This document shows, piece after piece, positions 46,991 to 60,329 of a stretch of 64,000 nt of DNA. The stretch lies in the NCBI RefSeq assembly GCF_009914755.1, contig NC_060944.1; one strand, 5' to 3'. Position 1 is the stretch's first letter. Each line of letters begins with the position of its first letter. The notes beneath the pieces are model-generated. The model searched no databases, had not been told where the DNA came from, and worked only from the letters and a program-made list of their open reading frames with translations. The translations under genes and the position numbers were made by a program. The DNA is from the human T2T-CHM13v2.0 reference genome, Homo sapiens.

Positions 46991-47435
46991 TGTATTTTGC
47001 ATACTGTGGTGCTACTCAGATATCCCTTCTATGAAAGCTTGTTGCCCCAACTTCTGGGAATACAATGGGCAGGTACCCCACAGCTGTCAGCCCCTTCAGG
47101 GACTCTCTCAGCTGCAGGGCGCCAACTTGACTAACTAAGGTAACCCTCCTTCCCAGGATGGCCCACAGTCAATGACTGATTGCTGTGGAAATATAGAGTC
47201 CTATCTATTTTGGCCCAGCTAGAGACAACTCTGAAGGGCCATTCTAACTCCAGAGTTCCCTGCGGGATGAGCCAAGACTGTTGGTAGATTTGGATGACAG
47301 TTTAACTTTTTCCTCTGTCCAAACCTGTTTCATTCCCCTCCCTTTTCATAGGTTTGATCCCAAAGGTACTCCTTAATATACCTCCTGCTAATCTTGGTCT
47401 AGAGGTCTGCTTCCCAGAGAACTCACCATTTAATA
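46991..47435 (+). mobile_element. LTR16C-like ERVL LTR
   Basis: CAATGACTGA, GACAACTCTGAAGGGCCATTCTAACTCCAGAG, GTCTGCTTCCCAGAGAAC. Confidence 0.8.
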
Positions 47436-47781
47436 TGAAGTTTTGTGAACCTACAGCTTATTTATGATCTTATCTCAGTAGTACTTGGCAGCTGGTTTTA
47501 TATCGGGCCACGGTCTGCTTCCTGACAGAATCTTACATGTTAATATGAACCTTTCTTTTCTGACTCTAGCACTCTGAAAACTGACTTTATACCTACCACA
47601 CAGTTTGGAAATTGTTAAAAAGGTTATGATTCCCCTAACCACTTTGATCTTATTATTTCACTGAGAGATATTTTAGAAGCATTGGTTTATCTTCACTACC
47701 TACAGGAGTCTAATATATTGTTTTATTTAACTAGAGTCTGGTCAACATTAACCTCTTTTTCGTTTATAAAGAGAATGATAC

Positions 47782-48096
<315 letters not shown>

Positions 48097-48429
48097 TCAA
48101 TGAATAGGGATTTTCAAATTATCTTCATGCTGCAAAAGGAGAGAAATCACTTTATAACTTATAACCATGAAGCTATTTCCATTAAATATTTAAGAAACGC
48201 AAAATTCTTGGTAATGGCAACAAAGTTAAACAAGTTAATATGGGGGATTTTTAAAAGCAACTATGTTTAATTATTTCAGGGTTTCATATAACTTTTGAAA
48301 AATTAATATATGATATAAATTCCCATTTACTGTGTAATTGGTATTATTTATGAAAGAACTTCATTCTTCCTGTATCAAGAAACATAGGGATTAGATTTGT
48401 AATTTACATAATCTATAAGCATCATCATG

Positions 48430-49565
48430 AATTCTTTTCAAACCTGACACCAAAAGTATTTTAAGAAATCTCCATACCAATATCTGTCATGGACATAGAT
48501 ATACACATTCTTTATAAAATTTTAGTATATGAAATACAGAAATATATACAGTGATAATAAATCATGATCTAGTAGAGAATATCCCAAGAATTTAAGATTG
48601 ATTAAAATTTGAAAATCAGTGTAATTAATCATATTATCAGGCTTAAAATTAAAAACCAGCCAGATGCTATGTCACAGTGCTTTGGAAGATTCAGATAGGA
48701 GAATCACTTGAGGCCAGGAATTTGAGATCAGCCTGGGCAACATAGGGAGACTCTGTCTCTACAATTTTTTTTTTTAAATAAATTAGCTGGGCATGGTGGA
48801 ACATGCACCTGTAGTCTCTGCTATTGGAGAGGCTGAGGTGGGAAGATCACTTGAGCCCAGGAGCTCAAGGTTGCAATGAGCTATGATTGCATCACTACAC
48901 TCCAGCTTGGGTGACAGAGCAAGACTCTATCTCTAAAAAAAGAAAAACCATATATTCCTTTCAATAAATACAGGAAAAGTGGTTGACAAAATTCACTATT
49001 TGCTCATGATAAAAACTCAGAAATCTAGTATTAGAAGGGAACTTAAGATTCCCTACCATTGATGTGAATTTGTGTCATTCTCTTTATAAATGCAAATTGG
49101 AAGGGAACTTTAGGGATATCTCTGAAAAACTTTCAGTTAACATTGTACTTGATGAAAGACTGAATGCTTTCTCCCTTAGATTGGAAACAATGTAAGAATG
49201 TCCATGCTCACCATTTCAATTCAACATTATGCTGGTCCTAGCCAATGTAATAAAGGAAGAAAAATAAATAAAAGGCAGAATGGAAGGACATAAGTAAAAT
49301 AGTCTTTATCTACAGATGACGTGATCTTCTATTAGAAAATTCTAAGGATTATACAAAAATGCTGCTAGAACAAATAAGTGAGCTTAGCAAGGTCTCAGGA
49401 TACAAGATTAATAAAGAAAAATCAATCCTATTTCTATATAGTAGCAGCACTCAGAAATTTCCATTTCCAAGTGTTATTTTATTAAAAAAAACAACTCAAA
49501 ATGGATCGTAGACTTAAATATAAGCACAAAAAATGTGAAAGTTTTAGAATAATTCATAGAGGAAT
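48430..49565 (+). mobile_element. Old L1M ORF2 (RT region) fragment, interrupted by AluJ
   Basis: TTGACAAAATTCA, TTCAACATT..CTGGTCCTAGCC, TACAGATGACGTGATC, CAGGATACAAGATTAAT. Confidence 0.75.
48658..48941 (+). mobile_element. AluJ (Jr-like)
   Basis: CACTTGAGGCCAGGA..GGGCAACATAG, GAGCCCAGGAG; TSD AAAAACCA. Confidence 0.88.
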
Positions 49566-49579
49566 AAAAAGCTGGAGTT

Positions 49580-49635
49580 AGCCGGGGGCAGTGGTTCACG
49601 CCTGTAATCCTAGCACTTTGGGAGGCCGAGACAGA
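49580..49635 (+). mobile_element. Alu 5' fragment only (~55 bp), joined to MIR
   Basis: GCCGGGGGCAGTGGTTCACGCCTGTAATCCTAGCACTTTGGGAGGCCGAG then MIR sequence. Confidence 0.8.
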
Positions 49636-49783
49636 CCTAGATGTAAATTCCAGACTTGCACTTGAATCACGTTCTTGCTACATATTATCTATGCAATCTC
49701 TGTTAAATTATTTAGTTTTTCTTAGCCTCACTTTCTTACCTATAAAATGGAGATAATATCTGCTAGGAACTGTTAATGTAAGG

Positions 49784-49946
49784 CAGCGGTTCTCCAAGTA
49801 CGGTGCCTGGACCAGCAGCATTAGCACCACCTAGAAATTTGTTAGAAATGGAATTCAGACCTACTGCTTCAAAAACTCAGGGTGGGTCACAGTAAATTGT
49901 GTTTTGCCTTTCAGGTGATTCTGATGCTCAAGTTTTAGAACCATTG
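49784..49946. mobile_element. MER5A hAT-Charlie MITE within a MIR
   Basis: CAGCGGTTCTC...GAACCATTG termini; perfect 8-bp TSD ATGTAAGG. Confidence 0.88.
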
Positions 49947-50218
49947 ATGTAAGGATTGTGTGTATTGTGTGCTGAGTTTCACAGTGTTTGCTATGTACTA
50001 GGCACATAATTAATTTTAAAAACAAATGTCTACCCCAGCAAACCTTCTATTCTCTTCCCTTACACTATTTCTTCCAGAAATGCTTTCCCCATTTTTCTGA
50101 ACCTTAACATTCTTTCAGGACCCAACTCAAATTCCATCTGCCCCCAGAATTCATTCCAAATCATAATAATTCTCTATCCCCAAAACATAGCACTTAATAG
50201 CTAGAACTGTTGGTGCTC

Positions 50219-50335
50219 ACTGGTAACCACTAGCCACATATAGCTATTGAGCACTTGAAACATAGCTATTATGCATTGAGATGTGCTTTAAGCACATCTC
50301 ACTGGATTTCAAAGGCTTACTACAAAAAGGGGATA
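50219..50335. mobile_element. MER33/MER3-like hAT fragment
   Basis: GGTAACCACTAGCCACAT..GCTATTGAGCACTTGAAA..TTGAGATGTGCT. Confidence 0.7.
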
Positions 50336-50337
50336 TA

Positions 50338-50639
50338 CAGTCGACTCTTAAGCAATGCAAGAGTTAGGGGCACAGACGTTCTACACAGTTGAAAATGTGT
50401 GTATAACTTTTGGCTCTTTGAAAATTTAACTACTACTAGCTTACTGTTGACCTCCAGCCATACTGATAACATAAACAGTTGATTAACACATGTTTTGTAG
50501 GTTATATGTATTACATACTCTATTCTTACAAGAGTAAGCTAGAGATAAGAAAATGTTATTAAGAAAGTCATAAGGACTTATAAGGAAATGTATTTACTAT
50601 CCATTAAATGGAAGTGCAGCATTATAAAGGTCTTCATCC
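50338..50639. mobile_element. Tigger2-family terminal fragment
   Basis: TA then CAGTCGACTCTT..., GATAACATAAACAGTTGATTAACACAT, ATAAAGGTCTTCATCC. Confidence 0.8.
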
Positions 50640-52020
50640 AGTGAGTTTTATACTTTCATATGTTTTCATGTTACTAACCAGCATCCTTTTGTTTCAGCTT
50701 GAAGAACTCCCTTTAGCATTTGTTGTAAGGCAGGTCTAGAGGTGATTAACTATTGTTTGACAAAGGCACCCTGAATACACAATGGAAAAAGGATAGTTTT
50801 TTTCAAAAATGATGTCGTGAAAACTTCATATCCACCATGAAAATAAGAGAAATCATATTCTTATCCTACATCATATACAACAATCAACTCAAAATGGATT
50901 AAATATTTGAGCATATAACCTGAAACTGTGAAACTCCTAGAAGATAACATAGGGAAAAATCTCCATGACATTAGTTTTGGCAGTGATTTTTAGGATATTA
51001 CACCAAAAGCACAGACAATAAAAGTAAGAATAAACAAGTGGGACTACACTAAACTAATAGGTTTCTGCTAAGCAAGGAAATAGCAAAGTGAAAAGGCAAC
51101 CTATGGATTGGAGAAATATTTAAAAATCATGTATCTGATAAGGAATTAATATAAAAAATAAGAAACCTGTACAACTCAGTAAAAACAAAACACCAAAGAT
51201 GGGCAAAGGACCTGAATAGAAAACTTTCCAAAGGACACATACAGATGGCCAGTAGTTATATTACAAGGTGCTCAGTCATCAGGGAAATGCAAATCAAAAC
51301 CACAGTGAGATATCACTGCATACCTGTTAGAATGGCTATTATAAAGAAGAGACAAAAGAAAACAAGTGTTGGTGATGATGTGGAGAAAAGGGAACCTTAT
51401 ACATTGTTGTTGGGAATGTAAGTTGGTACAGCCATTATGGAAAGAAAACAGTATGGAGGTTCCTTGAGAAATTAAAAATAGAACTCCTATATGATCCAGC
51501 AATCCCATTTCTGGGGACTCATCTGATGGAGATGAAATCAGCACATTGAAAATATATTTGTACTTCCAGGTTTATTGCAGCATTATTAACAATAGCCAAG
51601 ATATGGAAACTACTGAAATGTCCATTGATGGATGAGTGCATACAGAAAATATGCTATTTATATGCAGTGGAATATCATTCAGCCTTTAAAAAAAAGGAAA
51701 TTTCTGTTATTTGTGACAGTAGTGAAATACATTATGTTAAATGAAGTAATTTAGGCACATAAGGACAAATACTGCAGGATCTCATTTATATGTGGAATCT
51801 AAAACAGTTGATCTCATAGAAATTTTAGAGCATGCAATTTAGTATGTACAGCATGGAATAGTGATTGCCGGTGGCTGGGTGGGGGGAAAATGGGAAGCTG
51901 TTGGTCAAAGCATAGAAGCTTTAAGTTATAAATAAATTTTGGAGACCTAATGTATTGTATGGTGACTGTAGTTAATAAGAATGTACTTGAAATTTGCTAA
52001 GAGAATAGATCTTAAGTTTT

Positions 52021-52056
<36 letters not shown>

Positions 52057-52195
52057 TAACTGTGAGATTACGGATGTGCTAATTAGTTTGATTGTGGAAA
52101 TCATTCTACAGTGTAACATATATCTAAAAATTTGGTACACCTTAAATATGTATAATTTTTATTTGTCAATTATACGTCAATAAAGCTATAAAAAC
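50640..52195 (+). mobile_element. L1MA9-like 3' part, preceded by a short antisense L1 piece; contains (CA)n at 52022-52054
   Basis: 3'UTR ends TTTATTTGTCAATTATACGTCAATAAAGCT; 50640-50752 is antisense L1 (GAACTCCCTTTAGCATT..GTAAGGCAGGTCTAG). Confidence 0.8.
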
Positions 52196-52449
52196 TTTTC
52201 TGTTCTGAAGGAAAACATAAATAAAGATTATATTTTAGAAGAGTAATAAGAAATAAATTTTCCTGGATAATTTCATTGTTTTCTCTACAAAGAAAGGAAG
52301 AAAATACCTTTTCCATTAAAAACAAAAAGAAAATATCTGATGTGCTTAGTGATTCTGAGAAGTCATTTATGATAAACACAGCAAAATAATATAAATATTA
52401 TGTTACCTCTTTATCATTTAGAATATTTTTGAGTTTGGCATTATACATA

Positions 52450-52748
52450 GTCTCAAACTCCTGACCTCAGATGATCCACCCGCCTCAGCCTCCCATAACT
52501 GCTGGGATTACAGGCGTGAGCCATTCCGCCCAGCCGCCCTTTAATCTTTATAACAAATATGCATCATAGGTGTTATCTCCTTTTATAGATGAAGAAAGGC
52601 AAATGTTAAGACCAAAACAAAACTAGCAAGTGGCAGAGCTAAGATTCAAACACAGATATTTCTGACTCCAAAACCTATGTTTTTAACTGTACTGCACCAT
52701 AGAGAAAACTGGTTTTACTCATCTGTTCCTATTTTATGGATGGGGAAA
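52450..52748 (-). repeat. Inverted duplicate of 54498-54794 (flank, MIR and the 5' 85 bp of an Alu)
   Basis: Hand alignment: about 15 substitutions and 2 single-base indels over ~298 bp. Confidence 0.95.
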
Positions 52749-53000
52749 TTTCCCCATACTTATATATTTTATGTAGAAATAAGAATTGTAAACAATTTTT
52801 TAAGCTGTAAGGTGACATTATTGATTTGTATTTTTTGCAATAGTGGTATAATTTCAATACTCCTGTAAAGTTTGAGGCTCTACTATTTTGAGATAAACAG
52901 AATATAAAGGACAATATTTAATCAAATCTGTGAAATAGTAAACAGAATATTTTGTAACAGTTTTCATATGCACAGCATATTACAAGAAAGTCTTGAGTTA

Positions 53001-53355
53001 CAGATTGAATATTCCCAATCCAAAAATCCAAAATCTGAAATGCTTCCAAATCTGAAAGTTTTTGAGCACCAACATGACACTGTAAGTAGAAAATTTCACA
53101 TCTGACTTCATGTGAAGGGTCGCAGTCAAAATGTAGGCACACAACACAAAGCATCTGCAAAGGAAAAATAAAATTGTCTTTAGGCTTTGTTTATAAGGTA
53201 TACACATAAAAAATTAATGTATTAAGTGTTTAGACTTGGGTCCCATCCCCAAGATATCTCATTTTATATATATGCAAATATGCCAAAAATCTGAAAAAAA
53301 TCAAAATTCAAAACACTTCTGTCTCAAGCATTTTGGATAAGGGATACTCAACCTG
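53001..53355. mobile_element. Tigger4b/MER46-like element, opposite orientation to the 10930 copy
   Basis: TA-CAGATTGAA...CTCAACCTG-TA; TTAGACTTGGGTCCCATCCCCAAG. Confidence 0.88.
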
Positions 53356-53914
53356 TAGTAAGGAAGATGCCTGTAGTTGATAAAATATTAAGTTTGGTGG
53401 GATTTAATGAAATAAAAATACTGTGACATGATTCATGCAAAGTGGTTTGTCATTTACTAGGATTTTGACCATTTCTAGGTAAACTCTGGCTTTCTTACAG
53501 AGTAGATGTTCAGAATATGAATTTGCATTTACTGTTTTTAAGGAATGATCACTGCTTTCATTACACTATAAAAACATGTAAATGATAAACTTTTTAATGT
53601 GAAGAGGTAGTTTTTTCTGTTATTAGTTGTATAAACAAATGCCTGAAGATATAGTTGTAAGAAGGTTCCCAAACCAATATTCTTATCTTGATTCTGAGCA
53701 TAGCATTTGATTTGGCCTGATTCATACAACTAGAAAGGGGTTAATGTTTATATAGGGTGAGAGCTCTGCCTATAATTGTTACATATCTTGCAGATGAACC
53801 CTGTATTTTTAATATACATATACCCATATCTTTTTAGTCTTAATGTTTTAAAGTATCAACTTTCTTTTTTCTTTTTTTGCTTGAGAGGGTGGTAGGATAG
53901 AGCTTGTGTGTACC

Positions 53915-54090
53915 TCAGCTCCAGCTGCTGCCGAATGACTTCCAACCAACACCTGTGGGTGGGAGCTGGCTGGTTTTCCTTTCATTGTCAAGCCTGGGCA
54001 TACTAAGGGAAAATGCACCTGCCAGAGACCTCTTTATTTTCGAAATGATTATCAGTGGTATCGGCCGAGAGAGAGGCAGCTGGTGGGCTC
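53915..54090. promoter_or_regulatory. Candidate bHLH E-box cluster
   Basis: CAGCTG 53922, CACCTG 53950, CACCTG 54016, CAGCTG 54077 in GC-richer unique sequence. Confidence 0.3.
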
Positions 54091-54709
54091 CTGTACCCTA
54101 TCTAGCCCTCTATATGGATCTTTCCTTCTATGTTGGAAAAACAAAGTTGAAATTTACCACATTTTGGCATTACACTTGGCAGTTACTGTGATGAAGTTGA
54201 TCATATTAGAGAGTCATTCAGGATACCTGACCTTCCTGCCTTCCGCTACCTTAAGTGAAAAATCTCTTCTGTTCCCTAATTTACTGTAGCATATGCTTCA
54301 GTGTGTTGTGTTGGGTAGGGCAGATATCCTTAGACTAATTCTAATCCTGAGTGATTCAAGACTATTCCAGTGGCAATGGAATTTTACACCTATTTAGTCA
54401 TTTGGAACAGAGAGGTATCTGCTTGTAATAGGCCAAGACACCTTAATTCCTCATTTATCCATTAGCTACCTGTGGGGCTTTATCTAAGACACTTCAGTTT
54501 CCTCATCCATAAAATAGGAACAGATGGGTAAAACCAGTTTTCTCTATGGTGCAGTATGGTTAAAAGCATAGGTTTTGGAGTCAGAAATATCTGTGTTTGA
54601 ATCTTAGCTCTGCCACTTGCTAGTTTTGTTTTGGTCTTAACATTTGCCTTTCTTCATCTATAAAAGGAGATACACCTATAATGCATATTTGCTATAAAGA
54701 TTAAAGGGC

Positions 54710-55017
<308 letters not shown>

Positions 55018-58000
55018 GATTAAAGGGCATCATGTATGTAAAGAGTACAGAGGAGGGCACATAGCAAGCACTCAGTACCTTATAACTTTTATTATTCTTT
55101 TTCAGCTTAAAAAATTATATGTCTACATTGAATTCATATTTATTCATGAATGAATACATACGATGTTTTCTGTGTGCCAGGTCCTGTTCTAAGCATGTTT
55201 CAAATATTGTCTTTATTTGATCTGTATGGTATCCTGTAAGGTGAGGACTTAAAATATTCCCAATGTGAAATTGTGAAATTGAGGCACAGACAATCTAAAA
55301 ACTTGCCCAAGGTCACATTGCTGGTAAGCCACTAAGCCAGATACTTTGAAAATAGTATTAGCATTTATATTATATAAAATCTCTTTTAGTTTCCCTTTTT
55401 TTCCTAATAGTGCAAGTTTATTCACCATGTTTTTAGTTTTTCTCAGGAAGATTTAAAGAAGTGTTAGGTGGTGGCCTTGGTGCTTCAGTGGCTATCAGGT
55501 CAGCCAGAGGTGACTCGTTTTTGTCACCAGGGTGTGCTGTGATTCCACCAGTCTGAACTTACTGCAGCTGCTGTGAAGCTGGATGGGAATCTCTTTATTG
55601 TCTTTGCTGCTGCTTAGCGACCACAGGTTTTTCAGCTTGGCGCTTTACCATCACCTGGGCAACTGCCTGAGATCCCAAGTTATTTTCTTTTTGTGTTGTA
55701 CCATCCTTTCCTGCTCATTTGTGTCCTCGTGTAAATGAAGGAGCTAGCATGTCTGGCTTGTTAGCAGAGTGCCTAGATGCCCGAGCTGTATGTTGTCAAG
55801 CATTATGAAGCTGCCACCACACTTATTATTTTGCTACATAAGAAATTAGTATGTCACCAAATTGATTGCTTTAAAAAATTTGGTATCAATAGCATTTTGT
55901 TAAACTTGCCACTGCCTTTAGTACTTGCATCTTTGGTGCTAAGTTCCTGATGAATTTGGAATTAATCATTAAAAATGCACATAGGCTTGATAAACTTCTA
56001 TAAAATATTAATATTTTCTATAGAATATAAATTTTTCCTATAGCCAAATACTCCGTCATTATGAATAAATGTTATCTGAGATTCTGTTTATAAAGGATCA
56101 CTTTCTATTCATTTGTGGCTTAAAAGAGATACTTATGTCTATGTAGTAAGAATTATGAAAAGAGCATAGATTGATTTAAAGTCTTAAGAGTGTGGGTGTA
56201 CATGCATGCACACACACGAAATATAATAGGGCAGCATCTCTGGCAGACTAATCTTGCTTTGTATAATTAAGAAAACTTTTCATGTCTTTCATCATTCTTT
56301 TTTTCTAAAATTGAAGTCATCTCTTGATGGTTATCATCCTAGAAAATTTGATTAGTAGGAAGCTTAAACAAATAACCAAAATGAATTTATTAGCATGGCC
56401 ATGTGATGTTGGCTTTGTACATTGTTTTCAATATATGTATTAATCTGTAGTTTTCCTTGAAAGGGTACTTGTTTCTACATTTTTATAGAGAGTTTCTCAG
56501 AAGCCTGGGCTGTTTAGTGAGAAATCTTGGGAAATGCCTTACCTTACTTTAGAAAAGAGACTTATTTCTCCAGATAACACTGTCTTTAAGCAAACAGTGT
56601 TTGTGTAACCACCTTGTAGCAACATTCAGCTTGAAGATAATAGCCTTCACATGCTTGATAAAATGATGAAATCACTGACCAGCAGGATCCGTCAGTGGAG
56701 TCAGCATTTTATCACAATGTGATAATTCTGTTTAATGTGGAAATGGTTACAAAATCTTCTGATATGTGTGGAATTCCTGTTTGATGACCACTTGCTTGGA
56801 GGAAAAAAAAAACCTGTGCAAGAAGGTTTAGTGTGTTTATTTCATTGTAAAGACATTTCTGACCATTTTCTTTAATTGAATAGCAGAAGTGTATGTTGGT
56901 TCATACACTTTGAAATGTAAAGTTTCTGCTCAGGCCATTGTGGAATGAGCATCTTCCATTAATCTCGCTTCACACTAAAATGAGTAAGAGACTTATGATT
57001 TTTTGAACTGCATGTTTAAATTGTAATTTTGCTGGAAAAGTTACCAAATGAAACATTTCTGAAGAAATTAAGATAATTAGACAAGACTTATGAACCACAC
57101 AGTGTCATTATTTTTTTAAAAATATATAGATGAAAGATTGGACAAAGTTCAATTCTGCATTAAGGTTCCTTTCAAAGTCAAAATAATTAAGGTAATCAAG
57201 CCTCACACTGGGCAAAGGTTTTTTTCCCTCTTTTAATCTGATTGACTTTTTTTTCTATCTTTGTTTTTTATGAACTCATATTTTTTAGGAGATTTTAGGG
57301 AGAAAAACCCAGTGCCTAGATAGATGTGAATGATCATATACCAATGAATGCCATTAGCCTGTTTTTTCATGTTCTTTACTTGTGCTCTTGGAAATTTGAG
57401 TGTCTTAAATAATTGGAATGCATATAAAGACATATTTTTTTCTATGCTAAAGAAAAGCAAAAACTTTGAAATTTTTTGATAAGTGGAAATATAGATATTA
57501 CAAAGAATATATTACACACTTCTAAATCTAAATTTGTCAATCACCGCTTTTTATAACTTAAGTTTTTGGTAGAAGTATGTTAGCCTTTAGTTTTGTACTG
57601 GAATATTTTTAGGGCTATCTGACCTTCTAGGTTTTCTTATCCCCTCAGTCTGACCTTCCACATAACCTGTTTCTGTTCATTTATTGATCTCCTACCTTTT
57701 ACATATGGATTGATTCACTTTTCATTCATTCAACTAATATTTATTACCTGCATGTATTTGCCTGGTCCAGAACTGGGGTGAGATATTGGCCATAGGAAGG
57801 TATGATCCTATTGTCTGTTCTTACAGCACTTATGGTCTAACCAGGGAAAGAAAAAACAAATAATTGAATTTACAGTTAATTATAATTTTAAGTTCTATAG
57901 TATTCTTAAGCAGTCATTTTTTTACATCTCCACACAAGAGGAAATTGTGTATTCCTTCAGCGACCTTTAGAAGCAGCCTGCATTTTTTTGTTTGTGAGGA

Positions 58001-59283
58001 TAGTTGAGGGTGGGGAGAGACTACACTGGTATGTTATTTGTATATAATGCACAGCTTTAGTGGTCCATAATTATGGGGGTGTTGCCCATTGTACTGTATG
58101 AAGTTTTTCACCTCCAGACTATGCCTTGCTTCTGTAGATTTCTCTCAGGGCTCATCATGTTCGCCACTCTCTATCTCAGTTCGCAGCTCCATTTCCACTG
58201 CTTGCCTTTTCTTTAAAGATAATCATGGTTTTGTCCAGGGCTTTGCCTTATCCTTTGGTTGAGAAGATATCCTCTGGATTTCCCCAATTCCTCCAGGTTT
58301 TCCTACCACATCTTCCCTGTAACCGTGAGTGCCTTCTCCCTTGTATAGATACATTAATTATGAATTACTATATACCTCTACAAAAAAAGCACTGTATGTG
58401 TCCCTCTGCGCTAGGCTTAAAGGGAATTTAAGACAAAGGTGAATAGATTTGTTTCACCACAGTTTTTTTGTATTAACTAATTAACTTTATTTTATTTTTG
58501 CCTTTTTCTACATGTTCTAAACCGCCCCACCTCTTTTCTCAAAGAATTTATAACCTCGTCTAGTGTTTGTGGTAGGTATAAATAAATGTTAGTTAACATC
58601 ATGATTATATTTTGTGTATGCCCCAGCCCACAGTTGGAGTTCAGAAAACATTGATTCCATTAATTTGTGTTTATTTTTCATAGATTTCTAAATAAATACA
58701 AATCTTTTAGAAAATATTGACTCTTCCATTTGTGATCATTATGCTTGAAATCACTAGGTAGAAGATATGTCCTGGGGAATATCAGAAACACTAGTTTTCT
58801 AGTGTTTTCTTACTGGTAAAGCCCTAGGTAATAGAGCTTTAATAGCATGAATCTCCAGAAATCTAAAGCTAACTTTAATTCTTTTCACTTTCTCAAAACT
58901 ATTTGCTTCAATAGTTGAATAATATTTACAAAATAGTTAACTAATTTGAAAACTACACACAATATTGCTATTCTACTTGTTTCTCACAATTAAATTCTCT
59001 ATTAGAAATCCTCATGGAGAGTTTGAGCTTCCTAAAGATTTATTGTAAATGTACAAATTTTCCAAAACAAAAAGGCAATTAAATCTTCTGAAATTTGAAC
59101 AGTTAATTAAAATCAATATTAACGTAATGTTAACATAATTGTTTTGTGCATATTAGTTTATTGGAAGTCTGTTTAATCACTGCCTGGGAGACTATTGTTT
59201 TATGTAAACCAGTATTCTATTGAACGGTTCCTTTTTTTGTAAGACTGGTTACAGTTTTATCCCCTTTAAAGATTTCTGTAAGT

Positions 59284-59586
59284 GGCCAGGCGCGGTGGCT
59301 CACGCCTGTAATCCCAGCACTTTGGGAGGCTGAGGCGGGCGGATCACGAGGTCAGAAGATCGAGACCATCCTGGCTAACACGGTGAAACCCTGTCTCTAC
59401 TAAAAATACAAAAAATTAGCCGGGCGTGGTGGCGCCTGTAGTCCCAGCTACTCAGAGAGGCTGAGGCAGGAGAATGGCGTGAACCTGGGAGGCGGAGCTT
59501 GCAGTGAGCCGAGGTGGCGCCACTGCACTCCAGCCTGGGCGACAGAGCGAGACCTCCGCCTCAGGAAAAAAAAAACAAAAAACAAA
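59284..59586 (+). mobile_element. AluY
   Basis: ACCATCCTGGCTAACACGG, GAATGGCGTGAACC, GAGCTTGCAG; TSD AAAGATTTCTGT(A/C)AGT. Confidence 0.95.
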
Positions 59587-60099
59587 GATTTCTGTCAGTA
59601 TCGGGTTGCTCTGCGATTTAGTGGTTGGCCTTGATAAGCTGAGTGCAAACTGTAAATTTGTTTTCTAGTTCTGCCCCTTCTCCACTGGTTGCTGCTTGTG
59701 TGGATCAGGTTTCCTTCTGTTCTAGTTAGCTGTAGGCTTGGGTAGAATTCAGCAGTTAATTGGAGGGAGGGAGAGAGGGACAAGAAGAGAGGCTCCACAA
59801 TCCAGTTGCTGGTGTATGTCACTGTAGAATCCACTGACTGATATTTTATCCTCTGGAAATTATAAAATCCTACTTTAACACCTACTTTTCTCTTTGCTGA
59901 TGGAGAAATCAGGGAAATCGTGGAGAAGTCTTTTAGATTGATGCTAAAAGATGGATTGATACTTCTTTCATCCTATCAGCCTTTTAGATTGATAGGATGA
60001 AGGAAGGTTCATCAAGTTTTTCCAGACATCAAGAGGTTAAAGTCCCTTGCTGGACGGGAGGTAGAGGGTCAAGTGGCTAAGTAGAGAATGCTTATAGAG

Positions 60100-60242
60100 C
60101 AGTGCTTCTCAAACATTGCCATCTATCACAGTCACTTGGAGAGCTAATAGAGAATACAGTGGCCCAGGCTTCTTGACATAGGCCAGGGCTTTTGTATGTA
60201 TATAGTAAGTTCCCTAGGTGAGTCTAAGCTTGAGAACTCCTG
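60100..60242. mobile_element. MER5-type hAT MITE
   Basis: CAGTGCTTCTCAAAC...TTGAGAACTCCTG termini. Confidence 0.65.
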
Positions 60243-60329
60243 GGGGTGAGAGTATCTCCAGTCAGCTTTTCCTGTAGTATGGTGAGTGGTAAAAGGGAAG
60301 CCAGGGACAGTGGGATGGAAGAAGGACTA

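Noticed and set aside
56663-56762. Possible C/D box snoRNA (ATGATGA ... CTGA)
   Set aside because: No convincing terminal stem, internal C'/D' pair or recognisable guide sequence; these short motifs are frequent by chance
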